A stretch of DNA of 64,000 nucleotides, from NCBI RefSeq assembly GCF_009914755.1, contig NC_060931.1. One strand, given 5' to 3'. Each line of letters starts with the position of its first letter. Positions within the stretch are counted from its first letter, which is position 1. Position numbers and translations under genes: made by a program. The DNA comes from the human T2T-CHM13v2.0 reference genome, Homo sapiens. Below the pieces are notes generated by a model. That model was not told the origin of the DNA and did no database searches. It saw only the letters and a list, made by a program, of their open reading frames with translations. Below, one piece after another: positions 41,411-53,822 of the stretch.

Positions 41411-44400
41411 TTTAACACTGCTTTTAGCACGCTACTGAAACTGTTAGGAAAAGGACAGAGACTGAGAATTGGAGTCTCCCTGAGTCTGGCCCTCTATCCT
41501 TTGAGCATAGGAGGATGTACTCTTCCATAAAACTTGTTGCTTGACAGAGCATGCCATGTGGTAATTTTAAAATGATCACTACACTGAAAATTTTTAAAAA
41601 GGTTTAAGAAATCCCATTAAAGGAATATGCAAAATGCCTGGCACACAGAGAGTACAGCTCTTAAAACCATCAGTGCAAGTGTTTCTGACATTGGTCTGGC
41701 CTTGAAGCAAGTAATGGGGAGTCAGAGTTGTAGACAGAGACAGATCACCACACACAGTGGATAGGATTATTGTATATTTACCTACAGTGTTCAAATTTGG
41801 GGATAAGAGACTTTCATATCCATTGCCATTTATACTTCTACCCAAGTCACATGGAATTGCAACAGTTCTAGATCACTTTAGTTGCAAATTCTTTCTCCTT
41901 AACGGTTCTAACAGTTCAGAAACTTTTGATAAAGTAGAAAAAATTTGGTCCGCCCAGGTTTCTCCTTGGAGGTTGCTTTGTGAAACTAGGATAGCTACAC
42001 CTCTTGAATTTGTTTTTACAGTTCAGTTTCTCTTAGGTGTTTAGAGGGGAAGGAGGGCGGAAGGCAAAGATAGCTGTTGGACAATTTGTTTTCACCGATT
42101 ACTTTCAAGTAGTTTTCAAACAACTCTTACAAGGGCCCAGTTTTTGAAAGTGGATAAATTTTCGTCAGGTAAACAGGCATGGAAATGAATGCATAGGTGA
42201 ATACACAGATGACTTAGTGAATACATAAATAAATGTGGTTTGTTGAATTTTTTTCTTATTGTAGCTTCCATATTCTGGGGAATTCCAACTCTGAGGCTAA
42301 TGATTGCCTGAAAAATAAATCTCCATGCAGGTTAATCCATATATACTCACAGCTGGGAATCCCAAGGCCTAGAACAGTACCTGATACAGGGTTGGCATTC
42401 AGCAAACATTGATTGTTGAATAAATTGAGCAAGAAAATGTGAACTTTGTCTCTTGTTAACAGTGGATATTAGCAAGTCAATGAATGTTTCTGAACCTCAC
42501 TTTCTTTACCTGTAATAAGGTAACTGCATGCTACTACCCTCCCCTCACTCCCTGTTGGCTCATGGAGCCCAGAGGTAGAGCCCCAGGAAGCCACACCAGG
42601 GGACCTAAGTTGTCACCAGATGAAATCTATCTGACATCCTAGGACTCAGGTTACTTCAAGATCTAGGATGCTATAAGTTCACAGTAAATAGATGTCCAGA
42701 TGTGACAGAGAAAGAAATCACCCCTTCTCCTCTCTTGACAGAATACATCATGGGTATGAAGTGCATGGCCGGCGGGAGTGCAGGGGGTGTGGAGAAGAAA
42801 GTCATCAAGAAGTGGCTGGGAACCTGCATGTGAAAGAACCAAAAATGTACATGTTTCTCAAAGCTTTCATTATGCCTTCAAGAAGAAGAAAGAGTTGGGG
42901 TAGGATGGCTAAAGCTCAGCTATCCAGAAAGATTTATGGGCCATCTGCTGAGACCAAGAACATCTTGACTTACAAATGTAAAAGCCACCGATTATTTATG
43001 GCAGGTCACAGCCTTCTTGAATGCCGCCAGGCATCTCCCTAGAAGCACAATATCATTTGATGTTGACTGGCTTCCAAAACCAGGAAACTACATACACATC
43101 ACTGTAGCTCCACATTCTGGAGCTTTTGCTACCCTAGAAATAGGTTTCCAATTATTCCTCCTCAATAAACAAGGATGAGTTGTTAGGAGATATTAGATTT
43201 GAAGCATAATAGTAAGCCCTTATTTTACAATCCACAGAGTACATGGGATATATTAATAAATGTGCTCTCTAAACATTTCTATGTACCAGGTAGAGTCAAT
43301 AAGATCTATATTTTTATCCAGGAGAAAAAATACTAAAGATTGAAGGGGCAACATGGCGAAACCTAAATCTTACTTGGTGGCTATGCTGAAACTTGACCCA
43401 GGCCCTGGCTTGTAAGTGTAGTGCCTTTCTCTCTGGGTGGCCTTTAATGCTAGAGGGTTGGGGTAGTGCCTGAGGATTATTTAGGAGAATAATCTGAAAG
43501 TAGAGAGAAACTTCCATGGCAAAAGAGCAGAACTAGACATTCTGTGAGACATGAAAAATAAATGGCTTCTACCCAAGGGATGGAATCAGACTATTTTCCC
43601 CTCCCATACATATTATAATTTACTAATCACTCACACATACATCATTTATATTTTCATTTGTTAACAGCCTCATGGGAAATGTACCTTCTTCCCTTTCTAC
43701 AGATGAGGAAGCTAAGGTTCACAGAGATTAAGGAGTCCCTCTACCCAGTTCTCAGAAAATTTTAGAGGGGACAGAAGCATGGCTCATAAGGTGGTCTTTG
43801 CAAAGCTTCTTACGCCTACTTTGCCCAGATATTTGACGCTGGCTCAGGGAATCTAGGACGCGGCTGTCATCCCTTGTCCCCCATCAATCTCTAAAGCTAA
43901 AAGGTGTGGCTCTGCTACTACCCTCATGGTACTAGAAAGAGTGCCCTGGAACCTTTAGCATTAAGTAGTCTAGGTCTAGGGACAGTGCCAATGTTGGTGG
44001 TTTTCAAACCAGCTCCTGCTTTGATATCCCTCTTTGTATATGACAAAGTTTCTGAAATGCGGACTTCAAATTGCTGGCTCATTAGGCAAGGAGGGGGCTC
44101 CATCTCACCTGCTGGGACCTGTGGCCTAGATGACTCTAGTTAGAACTGAGTTGCCCAGAGCAGCCCTGACTTGGGCTACCAGTGTGAAGGCCTGAGTTCC
44201 ATTAGCTCATGGGTGTTTCTTTCCAACCAGGCAAGTGGACGTCAGAACTGCCCCAGATGCTATCTTAAATATTCAGCTGCAAGAATTCCAACCAAGTTGG
44301 AAAGAAACTTTATTTCATTATACTTCCAGGTCTGGGAATGATGCCAGTGAACAGCTCTCCTTGACAGGTCTCTCATCACTTACAGCTCAAAGGAAAAGAG

Positions 44401-45453
44401 AAGTTAGCTCCCAAAGCGCAAGGCTGCAGCCCTCCTTGTCAGATGGCAACACCTCCACGGAACAGCTGAGCAAGAGGATGAGTAAAGAGCTGTCTGCCTT
44501 ATCACCAAAACCCTGCATACTGATGATAATTCCCTGTATGCTTCTTTTCAAAGTCTTGCACAAGGCACTGAGCTGAGGCAAGGACATAAGAGAGGGATGA
44601 AAAATCAGTTTCAGCTGTAAGACAATTCTGATATCTCACTAGCGGTTGACTTAGTGCTGTGTTAAGAAGGATTCTGAAGCTCGATCTGGATACACCTGGA
44701 AAGACCGTTATTTTCAATGGAACATGGGCGCCAGAAGACAGACGGATAGATAGTTCAGAAGTTTGACGCATATATGACATAGGAAGTCACCAAGTCTAAA
44801 CTTCAGTTTACCCATGTAAAGTTGCTGAGAAGCACAAAGGTTAAATAACTTGCAAAACTTAGATGCTAAGCTAGAAACCACACTTTAAAGCATTGGATTC
44901 TAGATTACTGCTCATCATCATATGAATAATTTTCTAGTCCTGTATTTCTAGAATATCATAGATTGCTTGAAATGAGCTAGCAAATTAGTAGACTTCCAAA
45001 TCCTGTGGTAATCCAAAGATACTTATTGTAATGATAATTTTACGTATGTGATGTTCAGCTATTTCCCAGCATCTCTGCACTCACTGAAATCCCAAATCAC
45101 TAATTTCCATTCATGACTGAGAGTATTAGGCCTTGGCTTGGCTGAAAATCAGCAGATACACAAAGCAATTCATCTTGCTCTGAGATCCAACCCTGCCTAT
45201 GGTTTAATCTATTTGTTCCACCAGTGTTGCTTCACTACAAAATGTTAAGTAATATTATCAAAAGAAAGAAGTTGTAAAGGACCCACACAATTTACTCCAA
45301 CCAACATTCACAAGGCATTCTTGGGAATTCTGTCCAAAATGCAGGAAATGGGGACCACTGGGTCAGAAGGCATTCCTGATAGGAAAGATGGTATTTAATC
45401 ACATGGATTTTTTTTTTCTTACTGTTTTGCAGAATTCTTAATAGAGCTAAGGG

Positions 45454-45535
45454 AAAGTTTAAGAGGACTGAGCTTAGAGTGAGCTTTGGCAAATGGAGGC
45501 CAAAGCTCACTCTAAGCTCAGTCCTCTTAAACTTT
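45454..45535. repeat. Perfect inverted repeat, 37-bp arms, 8-nt spacer
   Basis: 45454-45490 aaagtttaagaggactgagcttagagtgagctttggc is the exact reverse complement of 45499-45535; spacer aaatggag. Confidence 0.98.
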
Positions 45536-46325
45536 TCCAAAGCTCACTCATTTCACCCGTTTGATTTGGGTGAAATCATCAACTGGGGACATCATTAGGA
45601 GACTAAGACTAGATGCCTCTAGGAAGGCTTTGCAGGATGGTTTTGATCTAGTTATTGAAGAGACTGATTACTTTTTCATGGTGAGTTTTACATTAAAATA
45701 AATCTTTTGGGGAGTGAAGATATAGGATAATATCTGGTATTGAAGGCACGGATTTGAAGACCAAATTAACTGAAAGAACTATTTAGTCAATATTTTCTCG
45801 CTAAACAAAATTTGTAGAATTGAATAAGATGATAGCAATTAAATCACTCCTTAGCCTGAATTTATACTTGTCTTCATGAAGAATTATCTGCTTGTAACAG
45901 AGTTACCTTCTCAGTTATGGTTTGTTTATAATTAAAATTAAACCCACGTTCCATACTGAGTTGAGAGAGGGGCCAGAGAGCACAGTAAATAGCAGGGCCA
46001 AGATAAGTAAGGATGAAGAAAGAAATGCCACAGATGGATGAGTGCCGACTTTCTGCAAGAGGAAACAGCATACTGTTTTAATTCCCCCTTGCCAAACAGT
46101 GTAATGGAGAAACTAAGATTTAGCTGTCCATCTTGAGTTCACCATGAGCAACGGTGAAAGTAAAAGTTAACATGTTTGTGAATACTAACATTCTGTTTCT
46201 CTGTTACCAGAGCAGGTGGTCCAGGTACCTTGTGGAGGTAAAAGAGATAAAGGTGCTGTGGTATGATGATGGAGTGAGAGAAGTTACTGGCCTAGTGTGC
46301 AAGGAATGTTCTGAGATCCTAGTGC

Positions 46326-46832
46326 CACACCATCCAGTAGAGTAGCCACTAAACACGGTGGCTAGGGAAGCCTTGGTGAGTGAGTGTGGTGAGTGTGACT
46401 GTGCAGCTGAATTGTAAATTTTATTTAATTTTAGCTCATTTAAATTTAAAAACCAATACTCAATTCAGTTATTTATTGGAAAACTTTGATGTATGTTTGG
46501 AACAACTTGTGCACATGAATCTACTTTTTTAACTATGAATTTTATGAGATCTAAATACAGATTTCCTGTGAAAATCCAGTATCCAAATTGAGTTGTGTTG
46601 TAAATGTAAAACACATGTCATATTTCAAAGACTTAACATGAAAAATTCAATGTAAATATTTTGTTAATAGTTTTGTAGATACATGTTGAAATAATAACTT
46701 AGACATAGCAGGTAAAATAATACATATCATTAAAATTAACTGGCCTGTTTCTTTTTACTTTTTTCAGGTGAACTACTAGAAAAATTAAAATCACATACTT
46801 AACTTGCATCATATTTCCATTGGACAGCATCA
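46326..46832 (+). mobile_element. hAT-Charlie deletion derivative (Charlie5/MER33-like)
   Basis: MER3/MER33-type ends (tccagtag...tagccacta ... atatttccattggacagca) enclosing a decayed hAT C-terminal motif (atgtttggaacaacttgtgcacatgaatctactttt). Confidence 0.75.
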
Positions 46833-47859
46833 ATGTAAAATGAGATCTGCTATATTGTCCCTGTAGTACATTTTTTGTAGTCTTGTTAAAATGTCTTCTA
46901 CACATTTACATACCTCGTATAATACTAGAAAGTGCATAATACTAGGCAAGCATAGCCAAGAACCCATGTTTAAAAACCTGTTACCATGACCCCTACAGAT
47001 TCCTTTCCACTTAGCATTGCAATCTTGCTTATTTTTTTATGTCAGATAAGACATCTAGATAAGATGAATAGCTTTTATTCTTCCTTCTAGCAGCCTAACC
47101 CCTTCTTTCTCTTTTTTATTGTTACATCTTCATTGTGAATCCATTTATAAAACAGATAGAAGGGGAGATGCAGTGGCTGAACCAGGAGTGGAGGATTCAC
47201 ACACCCATCCAGCTCCACATTGCCCTAGCAGCCATCAATCCTCCCTCAAACTCTGACGAACACAGTTTCTATTTCTGAGCTGGGCCCGCCTCCCCTGCTC
47301 ACAAGGTCTTGAGAAAGCATGGTAGTCCTGGTGATTCCTACAGCCATTGCAGTTCATGGGAACCCCCAAACTGGCTGCCTGGTTGTTCCTAGTTGTTCAT
47401 CACCCTCGCCATTGCTTTGGCCACTGCAAATCATTCCTGGCAAATGTAAGCAAAGGGCAGCCATGGGACACTGGTGACCTGTCACCTCTCCCAGATGGCC
47501 CAGAAGGAACTGGTCTCCTAGGTAAATTGACCCAAATCATACCAGGCAAATAAATGCTACAGGAATGAGATGGTGCATCACACAGTAACATAAAGGGGCA
47601 ACCAATGGGGCATTTTGTGATGGGCTTTTTACTTAGCTCAAACTTCCCAAATGGCGTTATTAATAATTCACCCAACCACCCCAAAATGCCTTTTCAATTT
47701 GACTTTAATTATTGTGGTGATTGTTTAATTCAACTACCTGTGGTCTGACTCCACTTGACAGACTGACAGGCTGATGAAACCATCTTCCCCTATATACTCA
47801 CTCTCCTTCCACATATGAATGCAGCAACAAGTACATCGACATGCATGAAACACCAAACA

Positions 47860-48040
47860 CTTGTCAGTTCCTAGCTGGATAAACACCGGCAAGGTCCTTA
47901 ATATTTTGGCGACTAAATTTCCTCATCTAAAACAGGCAAAAAAACTTAGTCCCATTAGGGCTGCTGGAAGATTCAATGAATTATTATATCTACATATAAA
48001 ATGTATTGAGCAGTGCCTGGCACACAGTAAATGCTCAGGA
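47860..48040 (+). mobile_element. MIR SINE
   Basis: tttcctcatctaaaacagg...cagtgcctggcacacagtaaatgctca. Confidence 0.75.
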
Positions 48041-50519
48041 CAGATTGAGATGGGGCTGCAGCATTTAGCGGACCCATCTGAAAAGAAGGAGACAATGAAC
48101 TTCAGGGTATGATACGTTCTTGGCTATTCCCCCAGGACAGGGATCTTGCTTTACCCTAAAATGCCTGATTATCAAAGTGTTATGTGTTTGTGCATGAATG
48201 CGTTTTTAGGTGGGGGGAGCAGAGAGGAGGTTCATAGCTTTCACATTCTTAAAGAGTTCCATGATCCAATAATAGCTTAAGAACTACTGTTTTAGATTTT
48301 TTTTTTTTTTTGTAAACATTTTTTACTGCTTCCATAAAAAGCTGGTTTCTTCTCTCATTCTTACCAACAGGTGCCAGCACTTCGCTCATGTAAAGTGACA
48401 CTAGTGGGGGAGAGAAGAGGCCAAGGCGAAATGGACATTGACTCTAACGAGCTGACTGTCACTTAATGCACATCCTCTAGAAACCAGACTTCCTCAAAAT
48501 CGAGCATCGAGGTGTACTGAGGAGTGTGGTGCAGCAGGCAGAGTTAACATGCACACAAGCTCTTCCAGTCAGGCAGAATTCTCAATGTATCCAGCCATCT
48601 GGAGCCTCATGGGATCAGAGAGCAGCCTACATCTCCAGAAAGGCATTCAGCTAACAAACAGGTCACTGACCTTGTCAAGTGACCAGGTGTCCCTGATGCA
48701 TTGTCACCCGCAGTTAGGAAATTCTCCCTCTCCTGCAACGTCAGCCCTACTTCTTTAATAGACAGAGTAGAAGGTCTCTCCCAGACACCCAGTCGCCCTC
48801 ACCCTGCCTTGAGTCTTCTATAGGCGAAAGCTTTCTAGCTCTTCTGTTTCTGTAACCATTCATCACAGGTCCCATTTAGGATAAAGTAAATTCTATTCTA
48901 GAGCCACGTGAAGACCCACAGCATTCTCCTGTGCAAAAGGACATTTTTTAAAAAGGACAACCAATAAGATTTCTCTTGTTTGACTATTTCATGTGCATTT
49001 CTTCATAAACCAGATGCTTCATTCTCTTTTCCTCTCTCCATTATTTGAAGTCAAGTGGACTGTAAATAGAAGACATCAAGTGTGCTATGACACTTTCAGG
49101 CACATAAGACAGGAAATCACATTTTAAAAAAAGTAACATGATGAATCCTCAAAATCAGGAGACAATCAGGGGAAAAGATCTTAGGCAGAGATAGAAGCCC
49201 CAACTTCAGCCCCCACTCTCTGCAACCCAAGCCAATGGCATTACCTTTCCTCTCCCCGTTCAGAATGATTATAACTCGTCTGGAATCCTGCTCGGTGCTT
49301 GGGTTGCATCTTGCCACATACATTTTTAAGTTTGCAGCTAGAAGGGTCCCTACAGGCAAAGAGTTTCTCGTTCCCCACGCTGCCCCTCCATTGCCTGTTT
49401 ATAGTACTGCTTTCTTGTTCTTCCTGTTTCTACCCAACGAAATTGAAAATTTCATCACCAGTGTCAGAAAATTAAACCCCAGGGAGCAGAGCAATAGCTC
49501 AGAGCATCCCTTTCCTGGCAGAGAGCCAATCCTTGAATATAACTTTGCAAACCCTCTCTGGTTTTTCAGGGGTTTGAAAGGATGCAAAATAGAGTCATTT
49601 TGAAGCATGCTTTTTGACTGCTAAAATCTTTCCAATTGCACTTCACTTTATCTTTGCAATTAATTAAAAAACATATTTCAATTTGGAGACAGGTTTCATA
49701 AAAGGAAAGGACATGACCTAGCTCAGTTACACATTTTCCAAGCAGAGAACAGTGGCACACGGAGAAGAGATGCTTCATTCCGTGGCTGGGGGTCTGAAGA
49801 AGTGTTTGACAGACCATTGTAATAACATCTCTCTTCACAATGCAAACACCAGCAACACAATCAAGCGGCTCCGGGCTCCGTGCCTGCACCTTTTTCTCTC
49901 TTCCTAGCAATACACAGGGTTGACTCTTATTATTAATGTAGCTTTAAAAGCATTTTCTCTTGAAATGCATCAACACCCAGGGAAATAAAGCAGAACTCTG
50001 CTCCTTACACTAATCCTAACAAGACAACCAATGTCCAAGTATAATGTACAGTCAGCTACAAATCGGATCAGACCCAAGCAAAGCATGCAGTCTTTTGAAT
50101 TCAGAGTCTCCTACATCATGGGAACCCTTGAATGCCCGCTCCTCCATGTGCTTGTTCCAATTCAGTTTTCTCGGCAGACAATAGGACAAAGCTACATTTA
50201 GCTCAGGCTGATAATACCGGTGGACACATGTGTGAGACGGAGGTTTACTCACCAAGCTCCCGTAAGTCCATCTTTCCCAACCACAAATACTGATTCTAAG
50301 CTGCTGCCACCACAAAGCGACTTAGAGTCGTCCCCCTGAAGAACAATGTGCTGGAATACCACCAGATGGTTCCTGAGTAAGCTTGTTCATGAAACAGGTT
50401 TCCAGTTGAGCCATGTGAACAGAGACCCGCCGCACACCTTTAAATGGTATACACTCCAAGTCCAGAAGAATAAGCATGTAGCTTTGCTTATGTTTATGGA
50501 GCTGGAGCCCAGGGATGCT

Positions 50520-50555
50520 CCGATTGGCAGGAGTCGGGGAAAGATCAGCCAATCA
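50520..50555. promoter_or_regulatory. Inverted pair of NF-Y (CCAAT) boxes in non-repeat sequence
   Basis: ccgattggc (ATTGG 50523-50527) and agccaatca (CCAAT 50549-50553), both with good flanking context. Motif-level evidence only. Confidence 0.45.
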
Positions 50556-50896
50556 AAGGGCGCCTCCATTTCAGGGAAACTCCTGCTCATTTATTTAGCA
50601 TCTTCAGAGATCATCGGCTTTTCCAGGAAGAGCTTTTCTCTTAGAGTATCACAAGAGAAAAATAATAACTTCGTTTCTATTTTAGTGTCCTATGCTCTTT
50701 TGTCAATAAACCCATAGCTCCCCGTCTTGGTACTTCTCAATATATCCCCCACTTTTTCTTATAAAGAACTAAAAAACAAATAAGGACAAGAAGAAAAAGA
50801 AAAAGCTGGTGATGGGCTGGAGATAGTTCATATTCATCAGCCTCCACCTTGTTGGGAGAAGTGGGGGAGTGCCTGGGCTCAATAATTACCGATTCT

Positions 50897-50910
50897 GTTG
50901 CCATAGAAAC
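50897..50910. promoter_or_regulatory. RFX X-box motif
   Basis: GTTGCCATAGAAAC (reverse GTTTCTATGGCAAC) fits the palindromic X-box GTTRCCATGGYAAC; the dyad extends to tctgtt...aacaga (50894-50913). Confidence 0.6.
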
Positions 50911-51627
50911 AGACTGGCTGCAGCGAGTTGGATTCGTGCAGAACATCTGCTGCCAGACCCATAATCAACTGCAATCTCATCTCTTCCCCTCTCTCTACTT
51001 TTATTTGATTGTGAGTTTGCTTTCTCCTACCTTCTCTTCACACACAGTTTTTGTCCAGAAATGTCATAGAACCACCTCGCGATACCTTGCCATGTACACA
51101 CAAGGCATGCACACCAGGGGTGCTCACATACTCAGGAATGCAAGCATTCCAGAGCATCCCAGCAGGGGTCCCACTGGGAGGATTTATACTCTAATTCCTA
51201 CCCAGGATGTAAACAAACATAAACAGCCTCTACCCCTAATTAAAATTACTGCAACTTTTAACCTAGAGAATTAGAGGGGTATCTTTAAAAATATTTGTTG
51301 CCTAACAGCCCTGAGAGCTCCGCAAATAAAAGTTAAAGTTTGCAATGGTATTCCTCAGAGGGCACTGCGGTGGTTCCTAGCCAACCTTTGGAATGAAGCG
51401 ATTACACTGGCGGCTTGTGGAAGATTTTGTAAGTACGGAGTGTTCAGGCCCAGCTCTTTTCTGCATTAGCACCTCATCAAGGCGCCCTGAACACTAGGGA
51501 TCTCCCTGGATTTCCTCAGCCCATTTTCATCCCCTCAGACTCCTCCCCTGCTTGCTCCAAATTCCCCGGGTTGCATGACTAGAATTAATGTCACCAACTC
51601 TGAATGTGCTGCCATCTCTCTCCTTAG

Positions 51628-51754
51628 CAGCAGGGGTCGCCACTGAGCAGTGAATGGCTGCACATCCTGGTCAGACTCGAGGGGGCTCATAAGGTGGCAA
51701 TCTCACTCAGGGGTCTGCGGAAGCCCTCAGTTCCACAGAGATTGATGGAAAATG
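51628..51754 (+). other. Candidate non-coding exon
   Basis: Pyrimidine tract ccatctctctcct followed by tag/cag/cag acceptors, and a consensus donor ATG|GTAAGT at 51754/51755. Non-repeat sequence, typical exon size; no transcript evidence. Confidence 0.35.
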
Positions 51755-52046
51755 GTAAGTGTCACAGAAGGCACCGATTTGGGCTTATGTTAGAGAGAAA
51801 AGAATTACTCTCTGCCCTATCGTCATCTGCCTTGGCATCATAACAACCTCAAGGAGAACCTTCTCTTCCTTAAAGGTCTCTGCAAGCCTGGGACCCTCAG
51901 CCCGTAATGACCCAGATGAGGCTTCTGAGGAGACTGGGACCTGCTCTTTGTGTGTTTCTGATTCTTGAAGCCAAGCTGAACTATCCATCTACAACACATC
52001 CACTGTCTAAACAGCAACAGTCGCCCTCAGCCTCCTTTCTTCCTAA

Positions 52047-52427
<381 letters not shown>

Positions 52428-52719
52428 TGAATCCTGGCTTTCCATTTTGTCTCTTTATGCCACTAAGTGTAGGAAGAAAGTCTCACCCAGGTACAGCACC
52501 CAAAGCCAACACTGTCAATCTTTCTCAGCTCTGCCCAGACAACATTCACCCTCAGGGTGGTGGATGGCTCAGGTTTTCTCTACCATCTTTCTGGAACATC
52601 TCCTCTTAACTGTCCTGCCTAGTCTCCTCTGCCATGGGGACACCCACCCTTTGCCTTCCCATCCTCTTGAAGGCTGTCCAAATCCTCAGTTTATGCCAAA
52701 ACCATCATTCCATCCAAGT

Positions 52720-53220
52720 CTTCCTCAATCAAAATTTAATAATTTTCTCAACAAATATTTAGCAAGTATCTATGCCAGGCACTTGTGCTAGTGATACAAC
52801 AAACTGACAAGGTTTCTGCCTTACAACCTGCAGACTCTAATAGAGGAGGCAAAAATATTAAGCATAACTGTGATATGGAGTATAAAAACAGAGCTATGAA
52901 CTCTGTGTTCTCTTAGCACAAATAATCACTTAGTGAGATCAGGAAAAGCATTTCAGAGAAAGTGACATCAAGCCATGATCTAAAGGAAGAGTAAAAGTTA
53001 ATAAATTGAGAGTGAGGGGAAGAGTGACCCAAACAAAACACATGTGTGCTAGGAGGCAACATGGCATCTTTGAAAATCTGAAAGAAGCCAAATGTGAATG
53101 GATCACAGTGAGAATGACTGGGAGGATGGTGTAAGACCAGACCAGCAGATGCTTAGAGACCAAGTTAAGGAGTCTGGTTCTTATCCTACAAGCAATGACA
53201 ATGCATTGCAGTGCTCCAGT
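52720..53220 (-). mobile_element. L2 3' region
   Basis: tcaacaaatatttagcaagtatctatgccaggcacttgtgctag...gacaaggtttctgcctt. Confidence 0.8.
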
Positions 53221-53359
53221 TAAATGACTCCTTGCCCATCCTAACACACCAACATAACCCAAGATATATATTCCTCAGCTGATATGAATGACAGATTAAC
53301 AGAATACAAACCTGATTGAAACAATCTATTTCAAGACATCTGTGATTTGTTGGGTTGAT

Positions 53360-53650
53360 CTAGCTAACATTTATTGAGCAATTAATAATCCAGGAATTAA
53401 TCCAGCAATTAAGAATTAATTCAGCAATTAATAATTCAGGAATTAACCTAGCAGTTCATAATCCAGTGCATTCTAAGCACTTTGTCTAGATTAACCAATT
53501 TAATTCTCCCAAAAGCTCTGTGAGATGTTATTACACTATTTACACAAATGAGGAAATTGAGGCATAAGGAGGTTAAGCAACTTGACTGAAATAACAACAA
53601 CAACAAAAAAGTAGCAGAGCCAGGATTTGAATCAAGGGATTCAAGCTCTA
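53360..53650 (-). mobile_element. MIR with an internal AT-rich repeat expansion
   Basis: gctaacatttattgagca...atgaggaaattgaggcataaggaggttaagcaacttg...gtagcagagccaggatttgaa. Confidence 0.85.
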
Positions 53651-53822
53651 GATTCTTTAAGTGTGATCCACAAGGATCACCTACATTAGAAATTCTCATT
53701 AAATGCAGATTCCTGGGGTCCAAGTGCATCTCTCCCCAATCAGAATTTCAGGGGGCAGAATCACGAATATTTTCCCAAGCACTCCAGGAATTCTTACGCA
53801 CACCACAGTTTAGGAACCACTG
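53650..53822 (+). mobile_element. MER5-family hAT element
   Basis: ttaaatgcagattcctgggg...aatcagaatttcagggg...ttcttacgcacac...gtttaggaaccactg. Confidence 0.75.

Noticed and set aside
44235-44576. 113-aa ORF
   Set aside because: Starts at GTG and resembles no protein I know. Only the nearby splice acceptor is kept as a weak candidate.
45454-45540. Hairpin as an intrinsic terminator or a named miRNA
   Set aside because: The eukaryotic context and 37-bp stem do not fit a terminator. I cannot match it to a specific miRNA from memory, so no gene name is given.
51785-51988. Protein-like 67-aa ORF (MDSSAWLQESETHKEQ...)
   Set aside because: No recognisable homology and no convincing flanking splice sites.
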